From Cyanophora paradoxa CCMP329 (taxonomy: Eukaryota; Plantae; Glaucophyta): a DNA stretch of 64,000 nt. Every line of letters starts with the position of its first letter. The stretch's first letter is position 1. The notes beneath the pieces are model-generated. The model worked only from the letters and a program-made list of their open reading frames with translations. It did no database searches and was not told the DNA's origin. The translations under genes were made by a program, and so were the position numbers. This document shows, one piece after another, positions 47,626 through 59,738 of this stretch. The stretch covers positions 1 through 64,000 of the forward strand of contig QPMI01000679.1 in NCBI GenBank assembly GCA_004431415.1, in the 5' to 3' direction.

Positions 47626-49054
47626 CTGTAGCGCTCGGCGCGAGTTCGAAGAGGGCGGGGTCGAGGCGGGCGCCTTCGCCCCCGCGGCCGCCCGGCGCCT
47701 GCCGGTCGTTCGCCTCCGGCGCGTCTCTGCCCGCCGCTCCCTCCCTCAGAGAATTTCAAAGGAGAGCGGGTGCTCTGGGTAGATGTAATTAAATCTAAAT
47801 CTACAGCAAGACCGGACCGCACCGGAAGAGGGCGACGTAGCGGGCGGAGGCGCGGCGGGCGAGCGCGAGGTCCTGCGCCTGGAAGCCGGCCGTGAGGTGG
47901 TCCGCCAGTGGCCCCAGGAGCGCCACGTCATAAGCCGCGTACCTGCTCAGATCAGGTCAGATCAGATCGGATCGAAATTTGATCTGGATCTAATTTATAG
48001 ATCAAATCGCGCACTTGACGAGGTCCTCGCCGAGGGGCCGCCGCTCCCAGAGCCGCAGGTCGGAATCGAAGCGGGCCGAGACGCTGTCCTTCAGCCGCTG
48101 AGCCTCCTCGAGGCCGCGCATGAGGCCGGAGTCCGCCAGCACGCGCTTGAGGCCGGCGACGTAGTCGGGGAGCCGGCCCCGCCGCCCGTCCATGCGCCAC
48201 TTCAGCGCGTGGCAGAGCTGCGTGTCGAGGACGTTCTGCAGCGCCACGCCGTGCTGGTGGTACAGCTGCGCGCTCGGGCCAGACGCAGGCATCAGTTGCA
48301 GGCGAATTCAAGTTCAAGAAATATTCCAAAGTTCGAGTAGACGTCTTCAAAACATTTTATAATTTATCCGCGCGCACCGCGTCGCTGTCCCGCCTAGGGC
48401 CTGCAGTCGTGGAAGAGTTTGAGCACGGATGGGTCGGCCAGGATACGGGCGAGGCCCTGCAATAATTCGAATTCGTTCGGATCGCAGCATGCATGTGATC
48501 ATGATAAAGTTCGATTTCGCGCAAGAGACGTTCGCAATTTGCAAGCTTAAGCTTCAAGCGGCTGCAGCCGATCGCGCGCAAGGCCTAATTATATAAATCG
48601 GCTGATCGCGCGCAGCCGATCAAGTTCCGAAGCTCAATTTCGCGCAAGGCCTAAATCATTAGAGCAGCCGAGGGCGCCCGCACCGTGGGGAGGCGCCTGA
48701 GGGCGACGACATCGAAGGCGTACACGCGCAGGGACGGGTCCTCCGGGTCGGCCACCTGCTTCCCCCCGCCCGCACGATCAGATCTAGATCAAGGCCTAGA
48801 CCGTAAACGTAGGCCCGCCCTGTGGCCGAGCTCGAGGCCGCGCGCGCCTGGACGAGGCAGAGGCGCCCGCGGCGGCTGAGGTCGACGCCCTCGCAGTCCA
48901 CCGCGAGCCGCGCGGCGCCCCTCAAATTCCCCAGCGCAATCTCCGCCACGTCCGGCGTGTCGATCAGGTGGAAGAGCCCGTCCGCGGGGGCGGAGATCGA
49001 GGGCCCGCCGGGTTTGCGGGCGGAGACCACGCGAGCGCTGTAGACGCCCGCCAT
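47513..49054 (-). pseudogene. DEDDy 3'-5' exonuclease (EXD1/Egalitarian-like), apparently disrupted
   Basis: ExoI LAVDCEGVDLSRRGRLCLVQ; ExoII KLFHDCR[7-nt insertion with stop]RDSDA; NVLDTQ; WERRPL...YAAYDV (ExoIII). Insertion cctaggg at 48393-48399 frameshifts the ORF. Confidence 0.65.
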
Positions 49055-49314
49055 TCGAAGCGCTATAGCATAGCTAGTCGGGGCCGGCTGCGGAGCTAGT
49101 GCGTGCCGACTCGGTGCAACGTTAACCGAGTCAGTCACCTTCGGACTCGGTCGGAAATTCGACCGAATTCGAAACCGGGGGTACAAGTACGTATACTGCC
49201 CTGCCCTCCTCCCCCGCGGCCCGCCGCGTGGGACTAGCAATTATCAGCAGAAATCTGAAGAGCCCGCTCGAAGAAGTATTCGTCTTATTTCAATTTTAGG
49301 AGAGCCCTAGGCCT

Positions 49315-52300
49315 TCACTCGAAGACGGGGGAGAGGGCGTCGAGGAGGCAGGCGCAGGCGGGGCAGGCGCCCTCCCCGTCGAGCACCGCCGGCCCGCACG
49401 CCCCGCACACCACGTGCCCGCACGGCTGCAGGCACGCCACCGCCGCCGGCGACCGCGGGCCCGCCCGCCCGCACCGCGGGCAGCAGAAGCGCGGCGCCGC
49501 CGGTGCCGCTTGTGGCGGGGCGCAGGCGGCGGCGGCGGCGGCGGCGGCGGCGCGGAGGGAGGCGACGAGGGCGGCGGCGGAGGCGAGGGCGGCCTCAAGG
49601 GCGGCCAGCGCCTCGGGGGAGAGGGCGTCGAGGGCCGCCTCGTCGACGCGGGGCGCGGGGCCGACGGGGGCCGCCCAGTAGAGCAGCGGCGAGATGCCGG
49701 CGAGGGGCGCGCGGCACGCCGGGCACGTCGCCGCGCCCCGCGCGTCAAACACCGCCCTCCCGCACGGCTCGCAGACCTGTCCACGAAGCGGATCCCGGAC
49801 CAAAGTCAGAACTATTCGCAAGGGCTGCGGAGCGCTAGCGCCAGCGGACCGTGTGGCCGCAGGGCTGGAGGCAGCTGCGCTCGTGGCGTCCCGCAGCGTC
49901 AAAGCAGAGGGGGCACTCGGGCCCGCGGGCGGCGGCGGCGGCGGCGAGGCGCCGCTCTGAGACGCGCCAGAGCGCCTCGTGCAGCTCCCGCGCGAGGGGA
50001 CCCAGCGCCTCCGCCGGCAGCGCCCGCAACCGCGCCGCGTCAACGATGACGCGCAGCCCCGCATCGCCGTCGGGCCGCGGAGCCTTCTCCGCCCCCGCCC
50101 CCTCCGCCCCGCCCCCGCCTCCTCCGCCCCATCCGTCTGCGTCGCTGCGCTGCGCGCGGCAGACGTCGTGGACGGCTGCGCCGCCGCCGCGCGCAGCTCC
50201 GAGTCCGTCTGGGCCGCCGCGTCCCGCCGCTCGGGCGGCGCGGGGCCGCCGCCGCCGGCGTCGGCCACCGCGCGGGCGTCTGAAGGAGAAGGCGCCGGGG
50301 GCGCCGTCGAAGAGGGCCCGTCGCCCGCACCTGCGCCGGCGCTGATCATGAGAGGACTTCAAATAAAAGAATCTAAAATCCAGAGGGCCTGCGGGATGCA
50401 GCGGCGCACCGTCAACGTCGTCCGGGCCAGGGGGAGGAGCAGCGGCGGCGGCGGCGGCGCCCTGCTCGGCCCAGCGGGCGCGGAGGCGGCCGAGGAGCAG
50501 CCCCGCCACGCCAGCGCCAGCGCCGCTCAAGCTCTCCGCGGCGCCCTCCTCCAGCTCGGCCTCGAGGGGGTTCCCCGAGAAATCGCACTGGGCCGGGTCC
50601 AGCTCGGCCAGGCCGCCCAGGGCCGCCGGGAGCCCCGCCAGGCTCAGCCGGTTGCGGGCCACGGAGAGGGACCGCAGGTTTGAAAGGCGCCCCAGCGACT
50701 CGGGCAGCGCCTCCAGGAGGTTGTCGGAGAGGTCCAGGAGGCGCAGGCCCGGGTACGAGGCGAAGTCGACGCCGTCGAGGGAGAGGAGCGCGTTGCCGGC
50801 GAGGTGGGCGGCCGCCACGCCCGCCGGGCCCGCCTCCTCGAAGGCGGACGAGGGCCAGACCGCGAGGCCCCGCCAGGAGGCGTCCAGCGCCCCGCTCGCC
50901 GCGTCCCAGCTCCACTCGTCGCCCCAGCTCTGCCCCAGCGATCGGAACGCGGGCGCGGGGCGCGGCGCGAGAGGCTAGGGTAGAGAGAGAACAAGGCTGC
51001 GCGCACCAGCCGGCGGGACGACCCGGTGGCGCCGGGCGAGGCCGGCGCCGGCGGAGGCGCGACGTCGACGGCGACGCTCACGTCCACAGCGGGAGGCGCG
51101 CCCCCGGTCTCCGCCTCGATCACGTGCACAGGCGCAGCGCGCGTCGCCGCCTGCACGAGGCGCGGGTCACGCGACCCGTGAAAGACCTGGCCGAGCAGGC
51201 TCCGGCACCTCTGTTTGCTGCGCCTCCGCACGCTCGCCTGCTGCAGGAGCCGCCGTCTCAGGAGCGAGCCCCGCCTCTTCCGTGACTGCATCGCGAATCA
51301 AACGCGGCGCCGCCCTGGCGGCGAATTCTCGAGGCGGAGCGCACCGGCGGCGGCGGCGGCGGCGGCGGCGGCAGCGGCGCTGGAGCGAAGGTGCGCGAGG
51401 ACGGCGTCGCCCGAGGCGCGGGCCTCGGGCGGGAGGGAGCCGAGCGGGTTGCCCGTGCACGAGAAGACGAGGAGGCGGGGCAGGGCGGCCAGGGCCGGCG
51501 GGAGGGCCTCCAGGCGGTTGTCGTCGAGGGCGAGGTAGGCGAGGGAGGCCGGGAGCTCGGCGGGGAGCGAGGCGAGGCGGTTCGAGTCCAGCGCGAGGCG
51601 CTCGAGGCGGACGAGGCGGGCGAGGGAGGCGGGGAGGGCGGCGAGGGCGTTGCGGGAGAGGACGAGCTCGACGAGGCCGGAGAGGTCCCCGATCGACTCG
51701 GGCAGCGCCGTCTGCGATCGAGGGCCGTGATCGTGAGCCCGAGGCGCAGACAGAACAAAGAAACAAGACGGATCCGGAGATCTAGACCTAGATTGCGATC
51801 TAGATCGGGTCTCGATCTGTTTTTGATCCGGATCAAATCCTCCTCCTCCTCCGGGCCGCGCGCACCAGGAGGTTGTCGTCAAGGCAGAGGGTCTCGAGGC
51901 CGGAGAAGCGCGCGAGGTCGGGGCCGGGCACCGACGGGATGCTGTTCCGCGAGAGGAGGAGGCCCCGGACGTGCTTCGGGTCGACGCCGCCGTTGAGGAG
52001 GAGGAGGGCGCCCGGCCACTCGGCCAGCCCCGCCTCCTCCAGCTCCCACGCGGCGCGGGCGGGGCGCCACCGCCCCGCCAGCCGCTGCCGCTGCTGCTGC
52101 TCGGGCCCGGGGGCGACGGCGGGCGGCGGCGGCGCAGGCGGCGGCTCCGCCCTCGAGGCCGCGGGCTTCTCCGCCTTCGCTTTGGCCATGGAGCGAAGGT
52201 AGCCGAGGAGGGCCCGCGACTCGCCGCGGGCGCTCGCCGGGATCCACCGCAGCGGGTTCCCTGCGCAAAGCGTCACTAGAGGATTTGCTTTGATCTTGCT

Positions 52301-54656
52301 GGGCGGGCAGGCGCCGCGCCTGCAAACGAGGAGAGGGCCGCCTGGAGCTTGGGGAGCGTCCCGAGGGCCGCCGGCAGCGAGTCGAGGAGGTTGTCGTCGA
52401 GGCAGAGGGCCGCCAGCGAGGCGGCGCCCTCCACCGGCGGCAGCGACGCGAGGCGGTTGGCGGGGGCCCGCAGCGCCCGCAGCTGCGGCAGGGCGAAGAG
52501 GGAGGCCGGGAGGGCGACGAGGCGGTTCCGGGAGAGGTCGATCTCCTGGAGGCCCGCGAGACCGGCGAAGGCGGACTCCGGGAGCGTCGCGAGGCGGTTG
52601 TCCGCGAGCAGCAGCGCCCGGACGCACTCGGGCCGCACGCGCGCCAGGCTCGCCTCGAGCTCGGGCCACGCCTCCAGGCCCTTCCTGGAGAAGTCCAGGC
52701 TCACCACGCCCGAGCCGCCGGCGCCGGCGCCGGCGCCACCGGCGCCCGCCGGCGGGTCGCGCTCGGCCTTCCTCGAAGGCTGCGAGCGAGCTCAGAGGCG
52801 GCGGCAGGAACCGGGGCGACGCCCCCCCTCGGGACCGGACCTTCGTCGAGGGAGCGGCGGGCGCCAGCGCTGCCCGAGCAAACCGGAGCGGCGAGCTCGA
52901 GTCAGAGGACGCCCGGGGACCGCGAACCCGGGAGCGGGCGCACCGGGGAGGCCGCACAGCGACCGGAGGTGCGTGAAAAGCGCCCTGCTGCTGGCCCGGG
53001 CCTCGGGGGGTACGCCGTCCAGGGGGTTCGGGAGCAGGACGAAGTCGGGGGAGGGGACACCGTCGGGCCCAACGGAGTGCGGGAGCATCGCCAGCTCGCG
53101 CGGCAGAGTCCTCAGCTGGTTTCCGGAGACGTCGAGGCGCCTGATGCTGCCGAGCCGGGGCACGGTCTGCGCGCCGATCTGCCAGAGCCGGTTGTCGGCG
53201 ACGTTCAGGTACGTCAGGCTGGACAGCTTGGCCAGGTCTTTCGGGAGGCTCTGGAGAACGTTCCCCTCCAGCCTGAGCTCGCGGAGCTGCGCGCAGTCGC
53301 CCAGGGGGGCCGGGACCGAGTCGATGCGGTTGTGCGCGAGATCCAGCACGTAGAGGGCCCGCAGCTGCCCGATGCGGGGCGGCAGCACGGCGATGCTGTT
53401 GTGCGAGAGGTCCAGCAGGCGCAGGTTCGTCAGCTCGCCGATCGCCGGCGGCAGCGCCGGCAGCCGGTTGTGGGAGAGGTTCAGGCTGACGAGGCTCGCC
53501 GCCGCGCCGGCGCGGGCGGTGGCGGCAGCCGGCCACGCGGAGAGCGAGGCGCGGGGCATGTGCAGCTCAGGTGAGCGCTCGCGATCGGCGGCGGCGGCCG
53601 CGGCGTCCGCCGGCCTGGAGGGGACGAGGGCGAGCGCCTGCGAGGGGGATGGGAGAGCCACCGCCTGCGCCCGCGGCCGCTCCCGTCAGCGCCGACGCGC
53701 ACGAGCTCGAGTTCGGGCACCGGCGAGCGTACCGGGGCCGAGGCGGAGGCTGGTGCGTCGGAGGAGTGGCCGCCGGCCGAGGTTGGTCGCGGCGGGGCGG
53801 GCGCGGGGAGCGGCGGCAAGGGCTGGGGCGGGCCGGCGGCGGCCGCGGGCGTCGCGCCCCCTGCGAGGGGCCGTCAACGACGGCCGCGGGAAGCTTCAGC
53901 ACAGACGATCGAACGCGCCGCTGGCGAAGAGTGGCCCGTGGGCCCTCGCGCAAAGGTACTCGAGGAGGGCGGCCGTGGAGGCCCGAGCGGCCTCCGGGAG
54001 GCGCGAGAGGGGGTTCCCGGCGAAGGAGCAGCGGGCGGGGTCGAGGGGAAGGCCCCCGAGCTCGACGGGGAGCCACTCGAGGCGGTTGGCGTCCACGCGG
54101 AGGGCGCGCAGGCTCGCCAGGCGGCCCAGCTCGGGCGGGAGGCTCGCCAGCTGGTTCCCGTGGGCCAGGAGCACTTCCAGGTGGACCAGCCGCCTTATCT
54201 CCTCCGGGATCGCCTGCGCGCGCCGGCGCCGTCAGCGGGCCGGGCCGGCCGGGATGGGGGTACCGGTCTCGGTGTGATTTGATCTGCGCGCCTGCAGCTG
54301 GTTGTGGCTCACGTCCAGCTCGGTCAAGTTGGCAACCCAGTAGAGGCCGGCGGCCCCCGAGCTCGGGCTCCGGAGGTCCCGCAGCCTGTTGTGGGCGAGC
54401 CGCAGGCAGAGGATCCGCTCGGGTCCGATGCGCGCGATGCGCTCCGCAGGCCACTGCTCAAGGCCCGTCGCAGACACGTCAAGCGTTGAGCGCTCCTCGT
54501 TCCAGCGCGGGTCGCCCTGCGCAGCGGATCCTGGTTACATCCGCGCGCGCGCGGTGCGCAGCATGCAGGCAGTTGCAGATGTAGAAGCGCCGCACCGCGG
54601 CCGAGGGTGAGTCGGAACGCTGCATGGCGAAGGACGGCGGCGCGGCCACGGTCCAT
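49315..54656 (-). CDS. LRR protein built of about 5 self-contained LRR cassettes followed by two C3HC4 RING fingers (putative E3 ligase)
   Basis: LxxLxLxxNxLxxLP repeats. RINGs CPLC...CLQPCGHT|VCEPC...CPACR and CPRC...CLQPCGHVVCGAC...CPAC at 49340-49930. Confidence 0.7.
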
Positions 54657-55088
54657 GATGGATTCATTCTCGCGCGCCCGCGCCGACGCTCCCGCAGCAG
54701 CAGCGCTCTCCCGCTCGCCGCCTCCCTGCCTCCGCACGGTCCGCCTGCACCCGGGCTCTCAGTTTGCGCCGAAAGCGAAGCGCGACGTACGCACAGTCCG
54801 CGCAGCCAACCGCACCAGCGCTCGCTCAGGGACCGCTCGGATTCTCCGATCGGCGACCCTACGGAATCAATCACACTCGAAGAGCAGCTCGCGCCGCGCA
54901 CGCCGCTTGCGAGGAGAGCCGACGCTGCTGGCGATGGATAGACGAACGTGTACCCCCCGCGAGTGGTTTGCCAGGTTTGCCTTGTTTGGCGGCGCCGTGC
55001 GGCCGGAGTGTGAACGCTGGCGACCGAGGCCGAGGAGGCCGCACGGCCTAGCGCAGCCGCCGACCCCATCGCAGCCGAGGTCGAAGCC

Positions 55089-56880
55089 ATGGTCCAGAAG
55101 AAGGGCCTGGACATGCGCGGGCTTTCGGCCGCCTTTTTCTATGGTGCTCTCCCTGTTGCCGTAGCGCTCGGGCGCTCGCCGGGATCGAGCGCTCATCGCC
55201 GCCCGCGCGGATGAGTTCGGAGCAGCGCGGGCCCTCCTGCGCTCCTTGCGGGTGGCATAGCTAAGCGGTCGTCTTTCGATGCGCAGCGGTCGTCTCGCTT
55301 GCGATCATCTTCTTCAACAAGGTTAGCCGATCCCCTCTCCCGCAGATACTCCCCGCCCACGAGAGCACGCACAGGCGGTCTTGTCTATCTACAAGTACGA
55401 TGGCGTGGGCACGCTCATGCTCGCGCAAATGATCACAACCGGTGCGCACCCGCCTGCCCGTCGCAGGCAGCCCGCTCTAAGTTCAAACCGCAGTCGGCAT
55501 CGCCATGCTCATGCGGCGGCTCAAGCTGAAGTCTGCGGACTTCCCCGACTTTAACATGAAGACCGCACGAGAGCTCTTCCCGATGGCGATCCTCTTCTGC
55601 GCCAAGGCGGGCACCGACCTGCTCGCGTGCGCCCCGTTCCTTTTTGCGCCGCCGCCAGCCCTTCGCTGACCCCGCTCGCAGCCTCAAGCTCGTGAACATC
55701 GTGCGCGCGTCCCTTTCCGCGCCCTCTCCGCCCGCCCGCCCGCCCGCCCCGCCCTCTCTCCCCGTGGTCGCCGGCGGCTAACCGCTCCCGGCGCGGCGCT
55801 GCATACAGGCGATGTACAGCGTTCTCAAGCGGATGGTGACGCCGATGCTTATCGTTGCGGACTACTGGATCCGCGGGAAGCTCGCGCCCGTGAAGATCCG
55901 GCGCTCCGTGTACATCTGCGTGGCGGGGACGATCCTGGCTGGGTGCACCGACATCCACTTCGACGTGGTGGGGTACCTCTACGCGCTCCTCTCCTGCGTG
56001 GTCACCGCGGCGCACTCGGTCTACATCGCCAAGTCAGCCACGGAGTCGCAGATCGGCTCCTTCGGGCTCCTCTACTACTGCTCCGTCATCTCCATCCCCT
56101 TCCTCCTCATCTGCACCGCCCTCAACGGCGAGCTCGCCGAGTTCGCACACTTCCCCTACCTCACCACCCCCGGCTTCCAGGTGCCCCGTACCCCCGCGGA
56201 AACCCCGTACCCCCCTCCCCGCCGACCGGGGCTCCGCCCACAGGTGTGCTTCGCCGGGAGCGTCTTCCTCGGATTCGCCATCCACTTCGCCATCTACCTC
56301 TGCACCACCGTCAACTCGCCCCTCACCACCTCCATCATGGGTGCGTACCCCCCTCCCCTCCCCTCCCCCCCGCCAGCGGGCGCGCCCCGTACCCCCCGCC
56401 GAGCCGGGCCGCGGCTTGCAGGCCAGGTCAAGGCTGTCATTCAGATCGCCTGCGGCTTCCTGTTCTTCGACCGCATGCAGGTGCGCGGTACCCCCTCTCG
56501 AACCGCGTACCCCCTCCCCCCTGACCACCGACGTTCGCATCCGTACCCTTGCTCAGGCGAAGACGCTGAACATAGCCGGGATGGTCCTCAGCACGGCCGG
56601 GGCTCTCTACTACTCGTACCTGGCGCGTCGTTTGCGATTTGATCCGCGGCGCCCGAATCTGATCCGCGGGGTACAGAAATACGAGCAGCAGAAGGCGGGC
56701 GCGGAGGGCGGCGGCAAGGGCGCCGCGAAGGGCGGCGGGGCGAACGGGGAGGCCGAGGGCGGCGCCGGGGGCGGAGGCGGCGGCGGCCTGCACGGCCGCT
56801 CGCCGAGCGTGACGGGCGCCTCGACCCCCTCGGTCCTCCTGGCGCTCGCCGGGAGGGAAAAAGACGAGCGCTCCGTATAG
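55089..56880 (+). CDS. Nucleotide-sugar transporter (TPT/SLC35D-like)
   Basis: AAFFY|AVVSLAIIFFNK|AVLS; MYSVLKRM; GTILAGCTDIHFDVVGY; FGLLYY; YLCTTVNSPLTTSIM|GQVK. Confidence 0.9.
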
Positions 56881-57211
56881 CATTCCCCTCCCTCTCCTCA
56901 TCACGCACTATTTCATGTTTTTACATGTGCTCTGCATTCGTAAGTATTCAGATCAGATCAGATCAGATCCATTCAGGGCAGTACAATTCACAGCAGTATG
57001 ATCCCCGCCCCACGCCACGTCTACGTCTACGCTACAGCTAGTGAAACTTGCAAGCTGACGAACCCGTCCCCAAACTGTACAGGGGGCCAACAGCGAAGGG
57101 CCCCCAATCCGCCCCGCCCCGAAAAGAAGAAAAAGCCCCAAGCACTGTAGCGAGCTTGAAAAGAAGAAAAAGCCGAAAGATCTAGTCTTGAGAAAGGGGA
57201 GGCGGTACCCC

Positions 57212-58990
57212 TCAGGCCGTGGCAGAGACGGCCGCAGCCGCGGCCGCGGGCTCCTCCGCCCCGGGCGAGGCGGGGCTGCGGGGGGGTACGGGGCTCCCAG
57301 AGGGCGAGCTGGGGGCGAAGAGCGGGGAGACGTCGCCATCGGGGCGGGGCCCGTACCCGGGCGGCTGCAGAAGGTTCCCCGCGCTGGAGGGGCCGAGCGA
57401 GCGCGGGCCCTTGCTGTGCAGCGGGGCCGGGAACGAGCGCCCGTGCCGCGCGCTCATCTCCGCGATCGAAAGCTGCGGCGAGTGAGGAGGCGCCTCTTTG
57501 AAAATAATCTGAAATCTGCGTACCCGGATCTTGGCCCGGACGGCCGGGTTCTCGACAGTTGGGGAGGACGCAGGCGCCGCCATTGAGGCCGGGGCCGGGG
57601 CCTCCCGCCCGGGGCAGCTCCACAGCCGCACCGCCGCGTCGTTCGAGCTGCGCGCGAGGCGCGGCGCGGCGCGCTCGATTCGAAGCCGAGGGAGAAGAAG
57701 GGAAGGGAAAGAGAACGACGTACCCCGAGGCGATGAGCGTGGCGTCGGGCGCGAGGGCGGCGCACGTGACGGCGGCGCCGTGGCCCTCCAGTACCCGTCC
57801 GACCGCCCGCGTGCGCGCGCTCCAGAGTCGCAGCGTTCGGTCCCACGAGCCCGACACGAGGAGCGTGCCGTCCTCGGACAGGCGCAGGCACGTCACGCCC
57901 TCCGCTGCGGGGGGTACGTGAACTCCCGCGCGAGAAGAGAGACCAGACAAGAGCTCACAGTGCCCGGCCATGCGGGCCGTCTCGGCCCCCGTCCGCGCGT
58001 CCCACTCCTTGATCATCTGGTCCTCCGACGCCGAGTAGATTCGCCCGTACCCCTGCAGGCCGTGTCGTCGGGGGGGGGGGGGGGGGGGCGAAGGGCGAAG
58101 GGGGTACGGGCGCGCGCACGAAGGAGAGGGCGACGGCGGAGACGCCGCCGGCGTGGGCGCCCTCGATGGAGATGGCGGGGGCGGCGCGCGCGGCGCGGAC
58201 GTCCCAGGCCCGCACGGAGCGGTCCCAGCCGCCCGAGACGAGGAAGGTGCCGTCCGGCGAGGCCGCCAGCGCCTCTACGGAGCCCGTGTGGCCCACGAGC
58301 GTCAGCACGGGCTCCCCGCCGGCCCTCGCGTCCTGGTTGTTTACTGGGCGTCAGCTCCAGCTGGCGGAGGGAGGGGGAGAAAGAGGATTCCAGCGCGCGC
58401 CCAGAGCCGTATCGAGTCGTCGCCGGCGTCCCCGCCCGTCGCGAGCAGCCGCCCGTTCTGAAGGAGGGGCGGATGGTCGGCGGGGCGGGGCGGGGCGGGG
58501 CGGGGCGGGGCGGGGCGCGGCACCCGGGAGGCGGCAGCGGAGACGACGCCGCTGGCGTGGCCCCTGAGGCAGAGGACCTGCTGGGCCGTCGCCGGGTCCC
58601 ACAGGCGCGCGAAGCGGTCGGTGCCGCCCGAGAGGAGCCGCCCGTCCGCGCAGGCCTCGACGCAGTCGACGCGCTGCGGCTCGGCCTCGGCGGCGGGGCC
58701 GTCGCCGCGGGCGCCGTGCGCGCGGACGACGGCATGCGCCAGCGCGACGTCCGAGATGCGCCAGATTCGAATCGATCCGTCGCTGGAGCCCGAGAAGACC
58801 GCCCTCGCGTCCTGACGGCCGGGCCGAACCGGGTTACTGAAAGGACGAGCTCGAGGGCGGTCTTTGTCGACGGCGGCGTACGCACGCTTGGAATCGCGAC
58901 GCCGCGGACGGCGTTGCAGTGCCCTGAAAGGGCCTGCGCTCGGCCCAAGGGTTTCGATCTAGGCCACCGTAGCTCGGCGTCGAGCCCCAT
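57212..58990 (-). CDS. WD40-repeat protein (3' end uncertain)
   Basis: Several GH...WD repeats, e.g. TLVGHTGSVEALAASPDGTFLVSGGWDRSVRAWD and LLVSGSWDRTLRLW. Confidence 0.85.
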
Positions 58991-59738
58991 GGCTGCCCGA
59001 GGCTGGCTACAGGCTGCGTGAGCCTTGTGACGGCGCTTGCCGTCTAAAGCACGAGTGACGCGGGCGCGAATGCAGCGCGACTGCCGCTGAAGCTTGATGC
59101 TTCCGCTCCGGCCCTGGGAAAGACGGGCAAATACTCGTCGTTGAACGTACGCAACTTCTTCTGCAGCTAATTCAGCTCGCACAGTCGCCGCTGCTTTGCA
59201 AGATCGAGTGGTCGACCGTCGAGGCACTTGGTCCTCGCTCTCTTCGCCGTGGCGTTGCTGATGCGCAGAACAGCTGCAGCCTGCAGCCCGCTGCAGCGGC
59301 CGGCTACCGGTAGCGCTCGTCGACGTCCGAACAAGATCGATATCGATTGAGACACCACTGCAGATCTAGAGCGAGCTCGAGGCAGGAAAAACAAAAGAGG
59401 GGGGGGCGAAAGGGGCCCGGGGGGGGGGGGGGGGGGGGGGAGCGGCGGACTTGCCTGGTGCGCATTCTCCCGGGCCCGGCCGCGGGGGCCGTGCCGCCCG
59501 CGCGCGCCCGCGGCGCCGGCGCGCGGCCGCGCGCGGACACCCCTCCCGGAGTCCGAGGCCTACGGCATGCATATTTACCAAACCTGCGCTACAGCTGCGC
59601 TAAGGGCTAAGCTAACTTCACGCGCTGGCGCTGCAGCTGGCCCTGCCATGATGCACCGATGGCCTGGCCCCTGATCATGACCTGCGCATGCATATCTCGG
59701 GACGAGGGCGCGCGTGCGGTACGAGTCGACGGGCAACT

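Larger units (their letters stand above)
29570..48660. other. Lower-GC, TE- and palindrome-rich genomic island
   Basis: Abrupt visible shift to more A/T-rich introns, codons and intergenic DNA, long intergenic spacers and several TE relics. GC% not computed. Confidence 0.75.

Noticed and set aside
29570-48660. Island as an endogenous virus, Polinton or bacterial HGT block
   Set aside because: No capsid, polymerase, integrase or bounding repeats seen; the genes have many native-style introns.
55089-56880. Nucleotide-sugar transporter as part of the Hyp-glycoprotein cluster
   Set aside because: About 9 kb away in the GC-rich flank, separated by unrelated genes; no evidence of linkage.
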